From Camelus ferus (lineage: Eukaryota), in NCBI RefSeq assembly GCF_009834535.1, contig NC_045697.1, positions 40,426,001 through 40,490,000 of the forward strand: 64,000 nt of DNA. Reading direction: 5' to 3'. The notes under the pieces are model-generated. The model made no database searches and was not told the DNA's origin. It was given only the letters and a program-made list of their open reading frames with translations. Made by a program: the position numbers and the translations under genes. Numbering within the stretch: the stretch's first letter is position 1; each line of letters opens with the position of its first letter. This document shows, piece by piece, positions 38,371-51,049 of this stretch.

Positions 38371-39495
38371 AACAGCTTCTCCATATTTATAACCTCCTAA
38401 TAACGTCTAGACAAAATAGACTGCTTTTGCATTTTTTTCTTTATCTGCAAGAGATGCCTTATGGCAGACTTCATATTACCAGCGCCAGAAAGTTTTAATA
38501 TCTATGGTGCTACTTTTAGTCATACATTATACATGATTATGCTAAATTCTTTTAAGTGTCATTCACAGTACTAAGGATCCAGGGAAGATTAGAGGTTTGG
38601 GATACACTTGTGAATCACACTGAGAGAAACCTGCCAAATCAAACTGCATTTTCCTGGAGGGTGGCTTCATTTCACACTTCAAGAACTGGTGGTTTGGATA
38701 ACAATTTGCTTTATATCTAAAAATAGATGTCCTAGATGCTAATGCAGAAAGTTATTGAAATGATTTAAGAAGGAAACACTTTGCCCTGCACTAGTGAGCC
38801 CTGGGGCTGCCCTAACAGACTTGTCGGTGGACTTGCATGCACTGTGTAAAAAATCCTGCAGGTTTTTCAGGCTTCATTTTTGTTGATTTGTGTATTTAAA
38901 CGTTAAAAATATACTATACAAGTGACAAAAAATCTAAGCCGGAGAGTCCCAACCTTGGCTGTATATTAGTATCACCTGGGGAGATTTAAAGCAATACCAA
39001 TGCACAAATCCCACCACAGAGTAATAAATCAATTCACTGAGGGTGGGAACAGGCATGGGTTTGTTTTAAGGTACTCCAAGGGATTTTAACCTCTGATCTA
39101 AGAAATGAGCACGTTGCTCAGTAATGTCTGAATACGCTGAATAAGGTCTGAAATGGGTTCAAGAAGTCATCTGATCTTATTTTTTAATTTGTTCAAGAGA
39201 ACAATAGAAATCCTAAGATAAGGAGAATGAGAATGTTCCTCATTTCTACCTTCATACAGCTCAAATGGTCCAACAGAGCCTCTCATCCTATATCTTGAGC
39301 ATTATTCCTCATCAACATAGCTATTAGTTTGTGTTATTTTCTATATTCTAATTCAGCATGCTTCATCTCGGTCCTTATGTTTTGATACTATTTTTATTTC
39401 TTTTTCAAATCCTTTTGCCTAATATCAACAGAGTGAACACATGAAAGTGTTCACAACTGCCCCTAAGACAAATTGAATTCAACAGATTTTCCTTC

Positions 39496-40030
39496 TGAAG
39501 GAAACCAGAATATCTCATCCCAAAATATGCCTCTTTGACATAAAAATTATTTTGTGCTGAAGGCACTTGAGAAACAGCAGAGGCAAGAAGGGTGCTCTGA
39601 TCCCTGCTTTTCTTCCTGGAAGCAGGAGATCAATCTCCCATGTGAAAGGTACTCTCCCTGTACCAGGAGGGGAAAGACATTCTCATCGCCAGAGATGGAG
39701 AATCAAGGCTGAGAGAAATCTGTGTAAACCATCCTTGTTAAACTAACCCAATCTTCCTGCTCACTTCTCCACAATTTACTGCCCTGGCCCAAATCCCTTT
39801 GTCTTGTCAATTCTTCACAAATGTGCTATTTCTTTGTCTAAAAGGTGTAAAAGCTTCCTGCTCTGGTCACTCTTCAGATCCTCAATCTTTTGTGAAGGTG
39901 CCCACGTACATGTAAAATTTAAAAATAAAACTTGTATGTTTTTCTTCTATTAATCTGTATTATGCCAGTTTAATTCTTAAGCCCAGCTGGAGACCCTAAG
40001 AGAACAGAGGAAAATTTTTCCTCCCCTTTA
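39496..40030 (+). mobile_element. ERV1-class solo LTR (MER34/MER39-like), antisense to DMP1 in intron 1
   Basis: Starts TGaaggaaaccagaatatctcatcccaaaatatgcctctttgacataa, has AATAAA at 39924..39929 and ends ttttcctcccctt. Confidence 0.75.
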
Positions 40031-42698
40031 GTTCCCACAATCAAAACAATTTTTTTTTAATTTTCAGGTTCATTTCTTAATAAATGGAAAGTTTCTCCCA
40101 AATATAACACTCTCAAAATAACTGTGCGCCAATGGTTTTGGCTTCATGGGTCAAATAAAAATTATGTGGCTCATCATTTTAATTTTAAAAGTGAAATTTG
40201 AATAGAGTGATAATCTCATGGTGCTCTGAAAACCAGCAAATATTCCAGCCTTGATAAAAGGCCAACAAATATTGAGTTCTTCTCTTGGATTGTCTTTTGC
40301 TTCTCTTTTATCTAAGCAACAACAACAACAACAACAAAATGAAGAGATGCTCTACACCAATGAATGTCATGGTTTTTCTGTTTTATAAAAGAAGTGAGTG
40401 CTTCCAATGTTCCAGTTTCTCAGGGATGGAATATTATGAAACATAAGGAAAATGTAGTAACTTGCTCGTGCTTCTAGAAATGCCATGTAGCACCCTGATT
40501 CAAAGGCATACTTTACCAAACGGAAGTCTGGTAAACTACAATGAAATGCATGTTGGGGTCCTGAGAGAGCTGATGTCGCCTCCCGTAGAATTTAGTCGAC
40601 CATCAAGCATTAAAGAAAGTCAGATCGTAAATCCTACGCTAGATTTTCAATTAGTATTTTGACTAATTATACTTTTGTGAAGTATATTCCAAACAAGAGC
40701 CCCAAACTTTTATAGACTTCTTACCTACCACCCCCAAAAGAGCAGAAGCAGTTATGCAGTAGCGTAAGTCTGAGCGACAAGTTAGCAAAATAGCTACAAG
40801 CCTGAAAGATGAGTCCAGGACCCCAGGTTCTTCTCCAGTGATTAGTAAATGCCATTTCTACTCTGCACTGGCTGTCATTTTACTATAAGAACATGCGACA
40901 AATGGAAATCAACAAGCTCAATTTGAGTTCCACCTGTTTGGATGGTAGTGTGTGCATCAGAGGCTTTCAACCTTTATGAATTGTTTTCCCAGAGTTGAAA
41001 AGATCCAAAATGTTTAGGATCTGCAGAAGAGAATTGCAAGTCCCTCCTCTCTCTGGCTACTCTCAAGTGTAGCCCGAACTTTTTTGTGCTCTCAAGTCAG
41101 GAAACTTGTCCTGGAATTTCCTCCATGTTAATATTCACTTGCAAAATATATATCTTCTTTTACATAGACTAAAATGAAAGAGGTGGGCTAAAAGAAGGAA
41201 ATAAAAACTTTAAAACTCACTGGCTCAATTTAGCTTGCTTAATTTGCTTCTATTTGACTTAGTGTTGTCCTTAATAATACTAACAAACAATATATCCATT
41301 TATTAGCAATCAATAAATATCTGTTGAGAACATCCATGTGCCAGGCACTGTTCTAGGTGCTGGAGGGGAGAGCAGTGTGTAATAATGATAATAAGCTGGT
41401 CTTACAAAAGTAAAATTACCCAGAACCCAGCTAACCAGAGCCTCCATTAGCTAGAATTTGTTTTATTATCATTCTTTGAAAATAAAGTAGAATTTGGCCA
41501 GGACATGAATTCGATCAGGAATTCAGAAAAACAAACAAATTGATAAAAATTTCCAGTCATTTCATTTGTAATTATCTCGAAGTCAGTTATAATCAATCCC
41601 ATGTCACATGCTTTCAACCAGAGTAAAATAACTCCTAGGCATCCCCCAATTAAATATGATGTGGAAGGCCTTTCAGCATCTGAGCACGTTGGTCTACATC
41701 ACCATTCTGGGGCTGGTAAATGGACTAAAGCCCATTAGAAAATTATTTGTTTATACATTTAATCCAACCAGATCAAAGTGGGATAGTCTACTTGGCCCTC
41801 AGTTAAACAGCAAGTATGGTTCACCAGAAATTATAGCTCCTGGGGCAGACAAGTTGCTTCAAGTGTTCCTACTTACTATACGTGAGATCTTCTAGACATC
41901 ATACAGAAAGCATTGCCTGACCACAGTTCCCACACTCTTTTTTGTGGCAGACAGACACTTCTTATATAGATGAACAAATGGAATGCATACAGCAAGTAAA
42001 AATATGGACAGGAGGATATATCCTTCCAAGTCTTCTACATTAGGAACTGTTTTAAAAGGTGATTATATTTAACATTTATTGAATTCTGACTGTATGCAAG
42101 GCATCATGCTAAAATGAATACCCAGCTAAACATTAAGAAAGCAATATATTAATCACACTCTTGGTTTATTTCAGTGGTCTTAGCATCTCCTTTCTGTTAC
42201 TCAGTTCACAGTGAATATTATTGGATCCTGTCTGGATGAATAGCATTCAATAATTTTTAATTTAAAAGCCTGTATTTTGAAAGTCCTGCCAACTTAGCTT
42301 AGATTCTTTTATAATGTCTTGTAGGCCCTGGATGTAGCTATATCCATTAAACCTAAATGTAAAAGCTTTATTTGTTCTGCTAATTAAAGCTAAATTCCAA
42401 AATGACATTCCATCTGCCTCCTGTTTGGTAAACTTTCCCTTTTAGAAGTATGCAGCAATCTAATTAAAGTTTTACTGAGAAGAACACCTGGCTCTGTAGA
42501 CTTAACATGTCATTTTAACATCATTTACTGTGGCATAAACAACAGGCACAAAATGGAACCATTTTTACCCAAGGTACAGCTCTCCCCATCCTTCTCTGAG
42601 CAGCATGATGCCTCTCAACATGAACACATAGTTAATATTTTCCAATCAACACAGCAGAAGTCATTTTTTAAAAAATTTAAACAATGAAAATGTCTTAC

Positions 42699-42800
42699 CC
42701 TCTTCAATTCACAAAGACTTTCCCCCAAAAGTCACCACAATCAGGCTGAGGTGCTCACAGAGGAAATCTGTGACAATGAAGCCACTCTTGCATTGATGCT
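42699..42800 (-). other. DMP1: DMP1 exon 1 (non-coding 5' UTR); TSS approximate
   Basis: The minus strand reads ...TTGTCACAGATTTCCTCTGTGAGCACCTCAGCC...GGAAAGTCTTTGTGAATTGAAGAGG|GTAAG, resembling the recalled human DMP1 5' UTR and ending in a canonical donor. A TATA-like box lies ~30 nt upstream. Confidence 0.8.
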
Positions 42801-42970
42801 CTGAACACTTCTCTGATGGTGCAGGAATTTAAACTCTGCTTCAGCTCTTCATAGCCAATCAACTGGGGGCTGAGGGTGACTGACATCACAAGGTGTCACC
42901 GGGACTCCAGTACACCCACACTTCCTCCAGCCTGCAGAAGCAGATTTTCCCTAAAAAGCTCTTGTGGTTC
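42800..42970 (-). promoter_or_regulatory. DMP1: DMP1 proximal promoter
   Basis: Lies immediately upstream of exon 1. TATA-like TTTAAA at 42828..42833, CCAAT box at 42855..42859, CRE/AP-1-like TGACATCA at 42881..42888, Runx-type TGTGGTT at 42963..42969. Confidence 0.7.
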
Positions 42971-44474
42971 CCAAATGACTAGACTAGTTTCCATTAAATT
43001 GAAGATCTTCCTAAAGCTTTATTTTGATTTCTAAATATATGTCATTCACATCCATGCAGGCTTATGAGAATTATAAACAATGACAATGTCTTCCACCCAC
43101 TGGCAGATCCCAGCAGACACAAGGATGGGAAAAGGAGAGTCAAGGAGTGGGTAGAAAGTTTCCTGTTAATGTACATTTCCAGGTTGTACATGAAGGACCT
43201 ACTAAAATACTGGATTTGCCTAAATTGTTGGTGTTGAGAAGATGGGCCCTTATTCTTGCCTTTTTCATCTTTTAACAACCTCTACTACTCATCTCCTTTT
43301 CCTCTCATCTCCCTACCACCATGCATGCACAAAGGTCCAGAATTATTCCTAATCTAACAAAGTATCCCCTTACAGAAGTCTGTGGTGATTGGAAGCATTA
43401 AAGCACCACCTAAGTAACTTTTGTTTTTAATTGAAAACAATTTAAATCCAGCACTTCGTTATTCCCCCAACTGCCTGCCACATTTTGGTTTTCACTCTGG
43501 TGATTCTAAAATCAGAACTGGATTACACTTCAATTAAAAAAAAAAAACCACACAACATTGTAAAGCAACTATACTTCAACTGAAAAAAAAAAAAAAAAGG
43601 ATTAAAAGGAAGGCTAGTTGGGTAGCATCCAGAGAAAGCAATTTCCAAAGGACTCTCTGCCATCCCAAAACATGTAATGAAATGAATAAAATAGTATTTA
43701 TCAGGATTCTTCCGGGAGTGTACTGAAGGTTGTGCAGAAAGCAGGAAGTGAGGTGGCACCTCACAAGGAGTGCATTCAAGTCACAGTAGAAAGACCACTG
43801 AACAAATATTTAAAGAATATAAGTCGCCTGAATTTAACTTCCTCAAGAGTGGGGAATGTTTGCTTTGTTTACTGGTGTATTGCCCTAATACCTAGGTTTC
43901 TGGGTCATTATAAATACTCAGTAAACACTTTTATGAACGACTGAATGAAATGGCTTTAAAATGGGCCAAATTATTGGCTTGCCTGCAGTACCCACATGAT
44001 TCACTTCAATTTTTCTGAAAGTGTTATGCTTGTTGGAAATTTTAGTTGATGCTCCTACCAACCTTATTCTGGAGAACTGGGATGCCCAACATTATCCAGG
44101 AAACTAACATCAAATACATGGATTCTTGACTTTTTCCCTGTGAACTGCAATGAGGTTGGGGACAGAAAATGAGGAGAGGAGAGTCTATTTTCATACAGGA
44201 TCGATTAAAAGACCAAAGTTCATATGAGGAAGCTATAAATTTCCTATGTTCCGTTCTGGTCCTGAATTACACTCCCTGGTGGTTTCATAGGTCTTGACTG
44301 AGGTCTATCCTAGGAGAACCTTATAATCTTGTCAGAGCAGATTCTGGGAAGATTTTGGCAAAGGGTGTTACAGGACATTGTTTTAGAAACTTTCTAAATC
44401 CCCACTTAAAAACAGAGAAACTAGATAACAAAACTAAAAACTATGGACAACATTTAGAACAAAACTAAATGTTT

Positions 44475-44900
44475 CAGTCCTATTAAATACATTAAATGCA
44501 TTAAATACCACTTCAATACTTTGTATCTTAAGACAACAACCATTTTATTATCTCCTACACCTGGGACTGCAGTTTCCTGGGGACTCAACTGGAACAGAAT
44601 ACTCAATATTACTCTCCTGTGGTTGCTGCCTGGAAGCCCCGCTGGAACTGTTACTCTGAGCACTTCAGTTCACCTTCCCATGGCCTCTCCTTGTGGCTTG
44701 GCCTTCTCACGTGGTGGCTGGAGTCCAAAAGCTGTCCCAAATGTCACTTTCTCCACATTCTATTGGTCAAATCAATCACAGGGCCATTCCAGATTCAGAA
44801 GGAGAAACAGTCTCTACCTTTTGATGTGCGGAACAGAATGAACATGTACAGGGAGCAAAGGAAATGTTGAGGCCATTTTGGAGATTGGTAACCACACTAC
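44475..44900 (-). mobile_element. Old MaLR-type LTR, reverse orientation
   Basis: caacaaccattttattatctc...ggcctctccttgtggcttggcc...cacttt..cacattctattggtcaaatcaatcacagggcc..ccagattcagaagg...ggccattttgg. Confidence 0.6.
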
Positions 44901-45847
44901 ATGACAGGTTGTACCCACAAAGTCCAAACAAAGTGGCTGAGGACAAACCACCAACTGCCACAATACCTACATCATCTGTGCAGGACTAAGCAGAGGGGAG
45001 ACAGCAGGGCATCTGATGGACACGAAAATAGGCGAACTCCAACATAGTCAATAACTATTGCTGGTAGGTGCCAATGGCACATAATAAAATCTGAAGGATC
45101 TGGACCAGTCTAGCTCCTAAGGATTCTCAAAATAGAGAACTCTCTATAGCTGTCTTCCAGGACAGACGCATATATGGAAAAACCACTGGGAGTGGAATAA
45201 AAGTTGCACAAAATAGGTACAGTTGAGAAGCACAACTAAGTGTGGGAGAGGGGAACAGATCCAGCAAATCTTAGAAAACAAGCTGCCTTTTTAAAAGATA
45301 CAACATGAAAACAACAGAAGAGGGTGAAAGCTACCCTGAGCTATGCCTTCTTCCAAAAGTTCAGGAAAACCAATTTCATATTTAAAAAATGGCAAAAAGC
45401 GATGAAGTTTAAGTAAGAGCAGAGAAACAACCTTATAAACAATGAAAGCATGTCAAGAATATATCAAACCATAACATTCTATTTAAAAAATAGCAAAAAG
45501 ACATTAAGAAAACAGCACAATAAGTAAAAAACAACATAAATAAAAATTAGAATAACTCAGAAATGAAGTATTAGACATTAGGGGGAAAAAACTTGAAATA
45601 AAAGAAAAAAAATCTGAAAAAAGACTAAACTAAAGAACACAAGAGGGAGTAAATAGAACAGAAAAATCCTTAAGAGAACTAAAAGGGAATAAAAGAAGAA
45701 AATATTTTAAATTTAAAAGAAATGAAGGAAGAGAGAAAACATTTGGTAACAAGTGACATACTGAAGATGACCAAAGAAGATCCAAATTACAGACAACAGG
45801 AGCTCTGAAGAGGCTATCAAAAGTGAGAGAACAATGATGGCCATTCT

Positions 45848-46656
45848 AATGGCCATCATTCAAAAGTCCACAAATGACAAATGCTGGAGAGGCTTTGGAG
45901 AAAAGGGAACCCTCCTACACTGCTGCTGGGAATGCAGTTTGGTGTAGCCACTGTGGAAAACAGTATGGAGAGTCCTCAAAAGACTAGGGATAGACTTACC
46001 ATATGACCCAGTTATCCCACTCCTGGGCATAAATCCAGAAGGAACCCTACTTCAAAAAGACACCTGCACCCCCATGTTCATAGCAGCACTATTTACAATA
46101 GCCAAGACATGGAAGCAGCCTAAATGTCCATCAACAGATGACTGGATAAAGAAGTGGTGGTATATTTATACAATGGAATACTACTCAGCCATAAAAAATG
46201 GCAACATAATGCCATTTGCAGCAACATGGATGCTCCTGGAGAATGTCATTCTAAGTGAAGTAAGCCAGAAAGAGAAAGAAAAATACCATATGAGATCATT
46301 CATATGTGGAATCTAAAAAAAAAAAAAAAAAAAAAAAAAAGAACATAAATATAAAACAGAAACAGACTCATAGACATAGAATACAAGCTTGTGGATGCCG
46401 GGAAGAGAGGGGTGGGAAGGGACAGACTGGGAGTTCAAAATTTGTAGATACTGACAGGCATATGCAGAATAGATAAACAAGATTATACTGTACAGCACAG
46501 GGAAATATATGCAAGATCTTGTGGTAGCTCACAGCGAAAAAAAATGTGACAATGAATATATATATGTTCATGTATAACTGAAAAATTGTGCTCTACCCTG
46601 GAATTTGACACAACATTGTAAAATGACTATACTCAATAAAAAAAGTTGAAAAAAAT
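45848..46656 (+). mobile_element. Relatively young lineage-specific L1, 5'-truncated (ORF2 C-terminus plus 3' UTR)
   Basis: [19 protein letters not shown] (Cys-rich region) and ORF 46074..46316 [41 protein letters not shown]. One in-frame TAG, an internal poly-A, and AATAAA at ~46635. Confidence 0.95.
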
Positions 46657-47959
46657 TTGTGTCTAATACTTAATCAGGCCTCCAGTACCATAGAACTATC
46701 AAATGTTTTACTGTCTAGAGGATCTATTTTTTTTCATGATATCAGTATGAATCCTGGATTCTTTATAATTAAAGGGTAATTTTATAAAAATTGCAAAACT
46801 GTGATCATTAGAAGCATTATTTAAGAATTGAGTCTATACAACTTAAGTATATGAAATGCAGATGGAGATATTCATTTTTATTGTCTATGAATTATATTCA
46901 TTGACATTGACAAACTCAACACAATAATGAACATTCAATAAGATGCATCTGATAAGACACAGAAATGTAATTAAAGGTCAAGTACAATTATAATTCCTTC
47001 CTTATTCATTGATATTAAAGCTTTGAATTTAAGTGGGTAAATGACACATCAAACAAAGCAGCATCCTTCACTAGGCAATATTCTTGTGAATTAGTGTCTC
47101 AGTTTTATTTTAAAACACACATAATTTAGATAAAATATGGTTATTTTCTAGGAAAAAATTAAGTTAATAATTATAATTATATATTTATTCAAAGATTTAT
47201 TCAGCAATTGATTTTTTGTGTCTTCTTTGGATTAGAAACTGTTCCAGGCACTGGTGACAGACATAGGTCTCTCTATTTTAGAGTCTTCCAATAGAAAAAC
47301 ACATGCAAATTATTAGCACAACATAACCTCACATCTTAAAAAACTAATAGGCTATAATACATAATACAATTCCTTAGTCCACACCTCTGTATTTCATAAG
47401 ACTTGTGGCACTTGTGCATGTTATTTGCATGAATTTAAAACACACACCCAACACAATAGAGTTTTGTAGGTGACACATGTGTCTCCAAAATAAGAGAGTT
47501 GAGCTGCCTATGGCATGTGGAGAGGGGAGAAGAGAAAGAGTCTGGGGACTGAAGCTAAAAGGGGAAAACAAAATCATAGCATGTCATGAACTAAAAATAG
47601 TTAATAACTGCTATCTACAGCAAAACAGCAGTGGGTAACATGAAACGTATCAAGAAAGGAAAAAGGAAAACCTGCTTAGAAGTATTACGTGTCCCTCCTA
47701 CACACGTCACTGTGATAACTTGTGATGCAGCCATGTCCGAATGCAAGGAGGACAGGGTGCAGTCCTGAGCTGGGCGGTGCCTCTCAGAGACAACTCTCCA
47801 CGTTGTAGAACAAAGAGCACACATGTTTGGTGGACAGCTAGATTTCCTGCCTGCCTGCTAAAAGCTGCTGAGCTCAAGAAAACATTCAGATTCACAGCAA
47901 AATGAACTTGCCAACCAGCAGATCTAGCTCGAGTAAAAGTGAATTACTCTCATTGGTAC

Positions 47960-48110
47960 CTTGCATTGATTTTCTCATTTAATTCTTACATTAACCCTAT
48001 GAAATAGGTACTGTCATTATTCAAAATTACAAAGGAAGAAACTGAAACTTTAGGAGGTTATGTAGCTCACCCAAGGTCACATGGCAAGCAAATGATGGAG
48101 CAGGGATTCC
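47960..48110 (-). mobile_element. MIR SINE
   Basis: ctcatttaattcttacattaaccctatgaaataggtactg...ggaagaaactgaaacttaggaggttatgtagctcacccaaggtcacatggc. Confidence 0.7.
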
Positions 48111-48959
48111 AAAATGTATACTTTTGAAGACTTTTGGTTCCCCCACCTCCAGGGGACACATGCAAGTTCCTTGAACTGTTTCCTTAATACCTTTCTCACT
48201 TATCCCTTGTCCATTGTGAATAGGGAGTAGTGTAATACAAGCATACTGCAACCCTCTCCAGAGAAATTTCCTTTCCTCTCCTCCTCCCTCTCTCCTCCAC
48301 CTTCTCCCCTTTATAAGCTGGGAGTGAGTGATCTATAATACTTTTTTTTCACAGTCTCCAGGTTTGCCTTGCAAAGATGATCTTCTCCCTCACATCTTTA
48401 GGATACTAGGAAACTGTTTTATTGGCCCCAATTGTAGTATTCTCATTTAGCACCCTGTTGTACTTTCTCCTTTTACCACTGGACAGTAAACCTCTTTGGT
48501 GGCAGTCCAGCTCAAGAAACATTTGTGAAGAGTCTGCTGTGACAGGCACTGTGGTGGGCATGATGATGAAGGATGAGCAAGTCATAGCCTGGGTTCACAT
48601 TCTAGAGCAGCTCTTTTCTGGGATCATGGAAATATTCTGTATTCGGATGGTTCAATGTGGTAGCCAGTAGTCATTTGTCATTGCGTCTTAAAATATGGCC
48701 AGGCGAACTGTGAAACTGAGTGCTTAATTTTAGTTAATTTAAACTGAAACAGCTACACCTGGCTAGTGACTACCATATGGGGTAGCACAGATTTAGAGTG
48801 AAAGTTGGCAATTCTTTCATTTTCTGTGACAAGAGGATTGATACCAGTATATATGGGATGCCACGGGAGCACAGAAGAGAGGCATTTAGCTCAGCATGGT
48901 ATAGAAAAAAGTAAGACCAAAGAAACCTTTTAAAAAGAAATGATGGTCAGACAGGATGC

Positions 48960-49560
48960 TAAATGTATGCAAATGTGTAATCCAGCAATTCCATTCCTAG
49001 GTATACACCCGTGAGAAATGTATGCAACTGTGCACCACAAGACATTGACAAAAATGTTCGCAGCAACATTTTCCACAGTAGCCAAAAAGTGGAAACAACA
49101 AGAGTGTCCATCAACTGTAGAATAGATAAACAAATTGTCATATATTTTATATAATAAAAAATGTACATCAATGAAAATGAAAAAAATATAGCAACAGGCA
49201 TAATGAAAAACATAATGTTGAGTTAAAGAATTACAAAAATCAAAGAAACCATATTGTATATGTATATAAAGCTCAAAAAGTGGCAAAACTAAAATGACAG
49301 TATTTTAGTATGCATGTTTATGTGGTAAAAGCAAAAAGAAAAGCAAAGAAGTGATTTCATGGTCAGGCTGAGATTTGCCTGGAAAGCAGGGAGAGGATGG
49401 AGGTAAGGAAGGGGTGTGGGAGTGGCTCCTGGCAAGTTCACAGCATTGTTTTGTAACTTGGATGGTGGCTACACATGCCTTTGCTTTGTAAAGTTTGTTA
49501 AAGCTGTTCACTTGTTTTACACTTTTAGGAAAGTGTATTTCATAATAAAAAGTCTTTAAG
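48960..49560 (+). mobile_element. Old L1 3' end (L1ME/MC-like)
   Basis: ccagcaattccattcctaggtatacacccgtgagaaatg...agccaaaaagtggaaacaac..tgtccatcaac. Confidence 0.75.
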
Positions 49561-50845
49561 AGGAATACTCTGTTTTTACAAAATTAGTATTGAATATGAT
49601 CATTAAGAACAACTCTACTGTGAGCTCCTAATGTAATTTCACCATTCTAATCTTAAGTAAACAAGTGCTTGTAATTTTCTTATATCGGAATTTTTTGAGT
49701 TTTTAAAAAACATTCCTATCTCTTCTCCATAGTGGTAGTTAAACTAATTCTTTGTTTTGAGGTTTGGGAGTGGATTTTAAAATTTATTTCATTTGTTCCT
49801 ATTTGTGAGACCATTTGAAAATTGCATCTGGCTATTTGGAGACAGTTTAGAAATTTACAATGCTACAACTTAGTTATTTGAAAAAGATTGATATCAGTCT
49901 GCTACAGAAATTGATTCTTTTCAAATCTGGACACCTCAGGATGTTCTGATCTTGGGGAAAATTGCTAGTAGAATAAACATGAATAACACTGAGTACACCA
50001 TATCTTTCATTTTTTCTTTGCCAACCCTAAATAATGCTTAGAATAGATTACAGGCTTCAGTTCTCCAAGTTTTCCTACTTGGGACTTCCTTTCTACACTG
50101 CTCCATGGGCCAATGAAAGGGTTCCAAGAGTCAACTCTTTGTGGAGGGAAAAAGATTGGTTGGGAAAAGAGTAGGTCAATCTGAAAGTTAAAGTCTTTCA
50201 AGGTGTATCTTACTGTCAGTGACAGACCAGTGGCAATCCTGATAGAGATGTGTGAAAACCTTCGATGACACATCTAATAAGATCAAAAGTGATGGTGTCA
50301 AAACATCTGAGATTCCGTAAAATGCCAGGCAGATACTCTTGGTTCTGTATACAAACAAAAATGGTGGAGCATATTTTCTCCCAATTTGTTCTTACTTTTC
50401 CTGATGGCTATTTTGCTTTGCTAATAAGGTATGTAATTTTGGCAAACCGGATTATGCATATATTATATTTCTTTAAATGTAATTAAATATAATTTATATG
50501 TACAAAAAATTCATCAAATGCACCAACACGTCAAAGGACAATAAAAAAGATAGTGATAAAATGGATTTCTGTCTTAGCAGTTACATCAACTGTGTTTGGC
50601 TACTCTGGGATATCTGAATTTGATGACCAGGAGCATAATAATCACTAACACTTTTGACAACAGTAATTATTACATAGACAAGTAACATGTCACTTAGATA
50701 TGCATTAAGTTTCTTGTGAAATTAACATCCTCAGTCCTTCTTTTGATCTGTATGTTTAAGAATCCACATGAACCAAAATGGAAAGATATCCCATGCTCCT
50801 GGATTGGGAGAATCAACATTGCTAAAATGGCCATACTACCCAAAG

Positions 50846-50962
50846 TATCTGTGGATTTAAATAACTGGGTATCATGCAGTATCATAGTATTTATTGAAAA
50901 AAATATCTGTGTATAAGTAGAACTACACAGTTCAAACCCATGTTGTTCAAGGTCCAACTGTA
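50846..50962 (-). mobile_element. Tigger2-like DNA transposon end
   Basis: The reverse complement begins TA|CAGTTGGACCTTGAACAACATGGGTTTGAACTG..TTATACACAGATATTTTTTTCAATAAATAC. Confidence 0.75.
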
Positions 50963-51049
50963 CTTCTTATCTCTCCATTTCATCATCTTTTCTGTAATTT
51001 CTCTATGAATCCAATACTTCAGGCATACTCATGCCTTGTCACCACCCAT

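Noticed and set aside
46074..46316. Host protein-coding gene
   Set aside because: It is the L1 ORF2 C-terminus of a 5'-truncated copy with an upstream in-frame stop.
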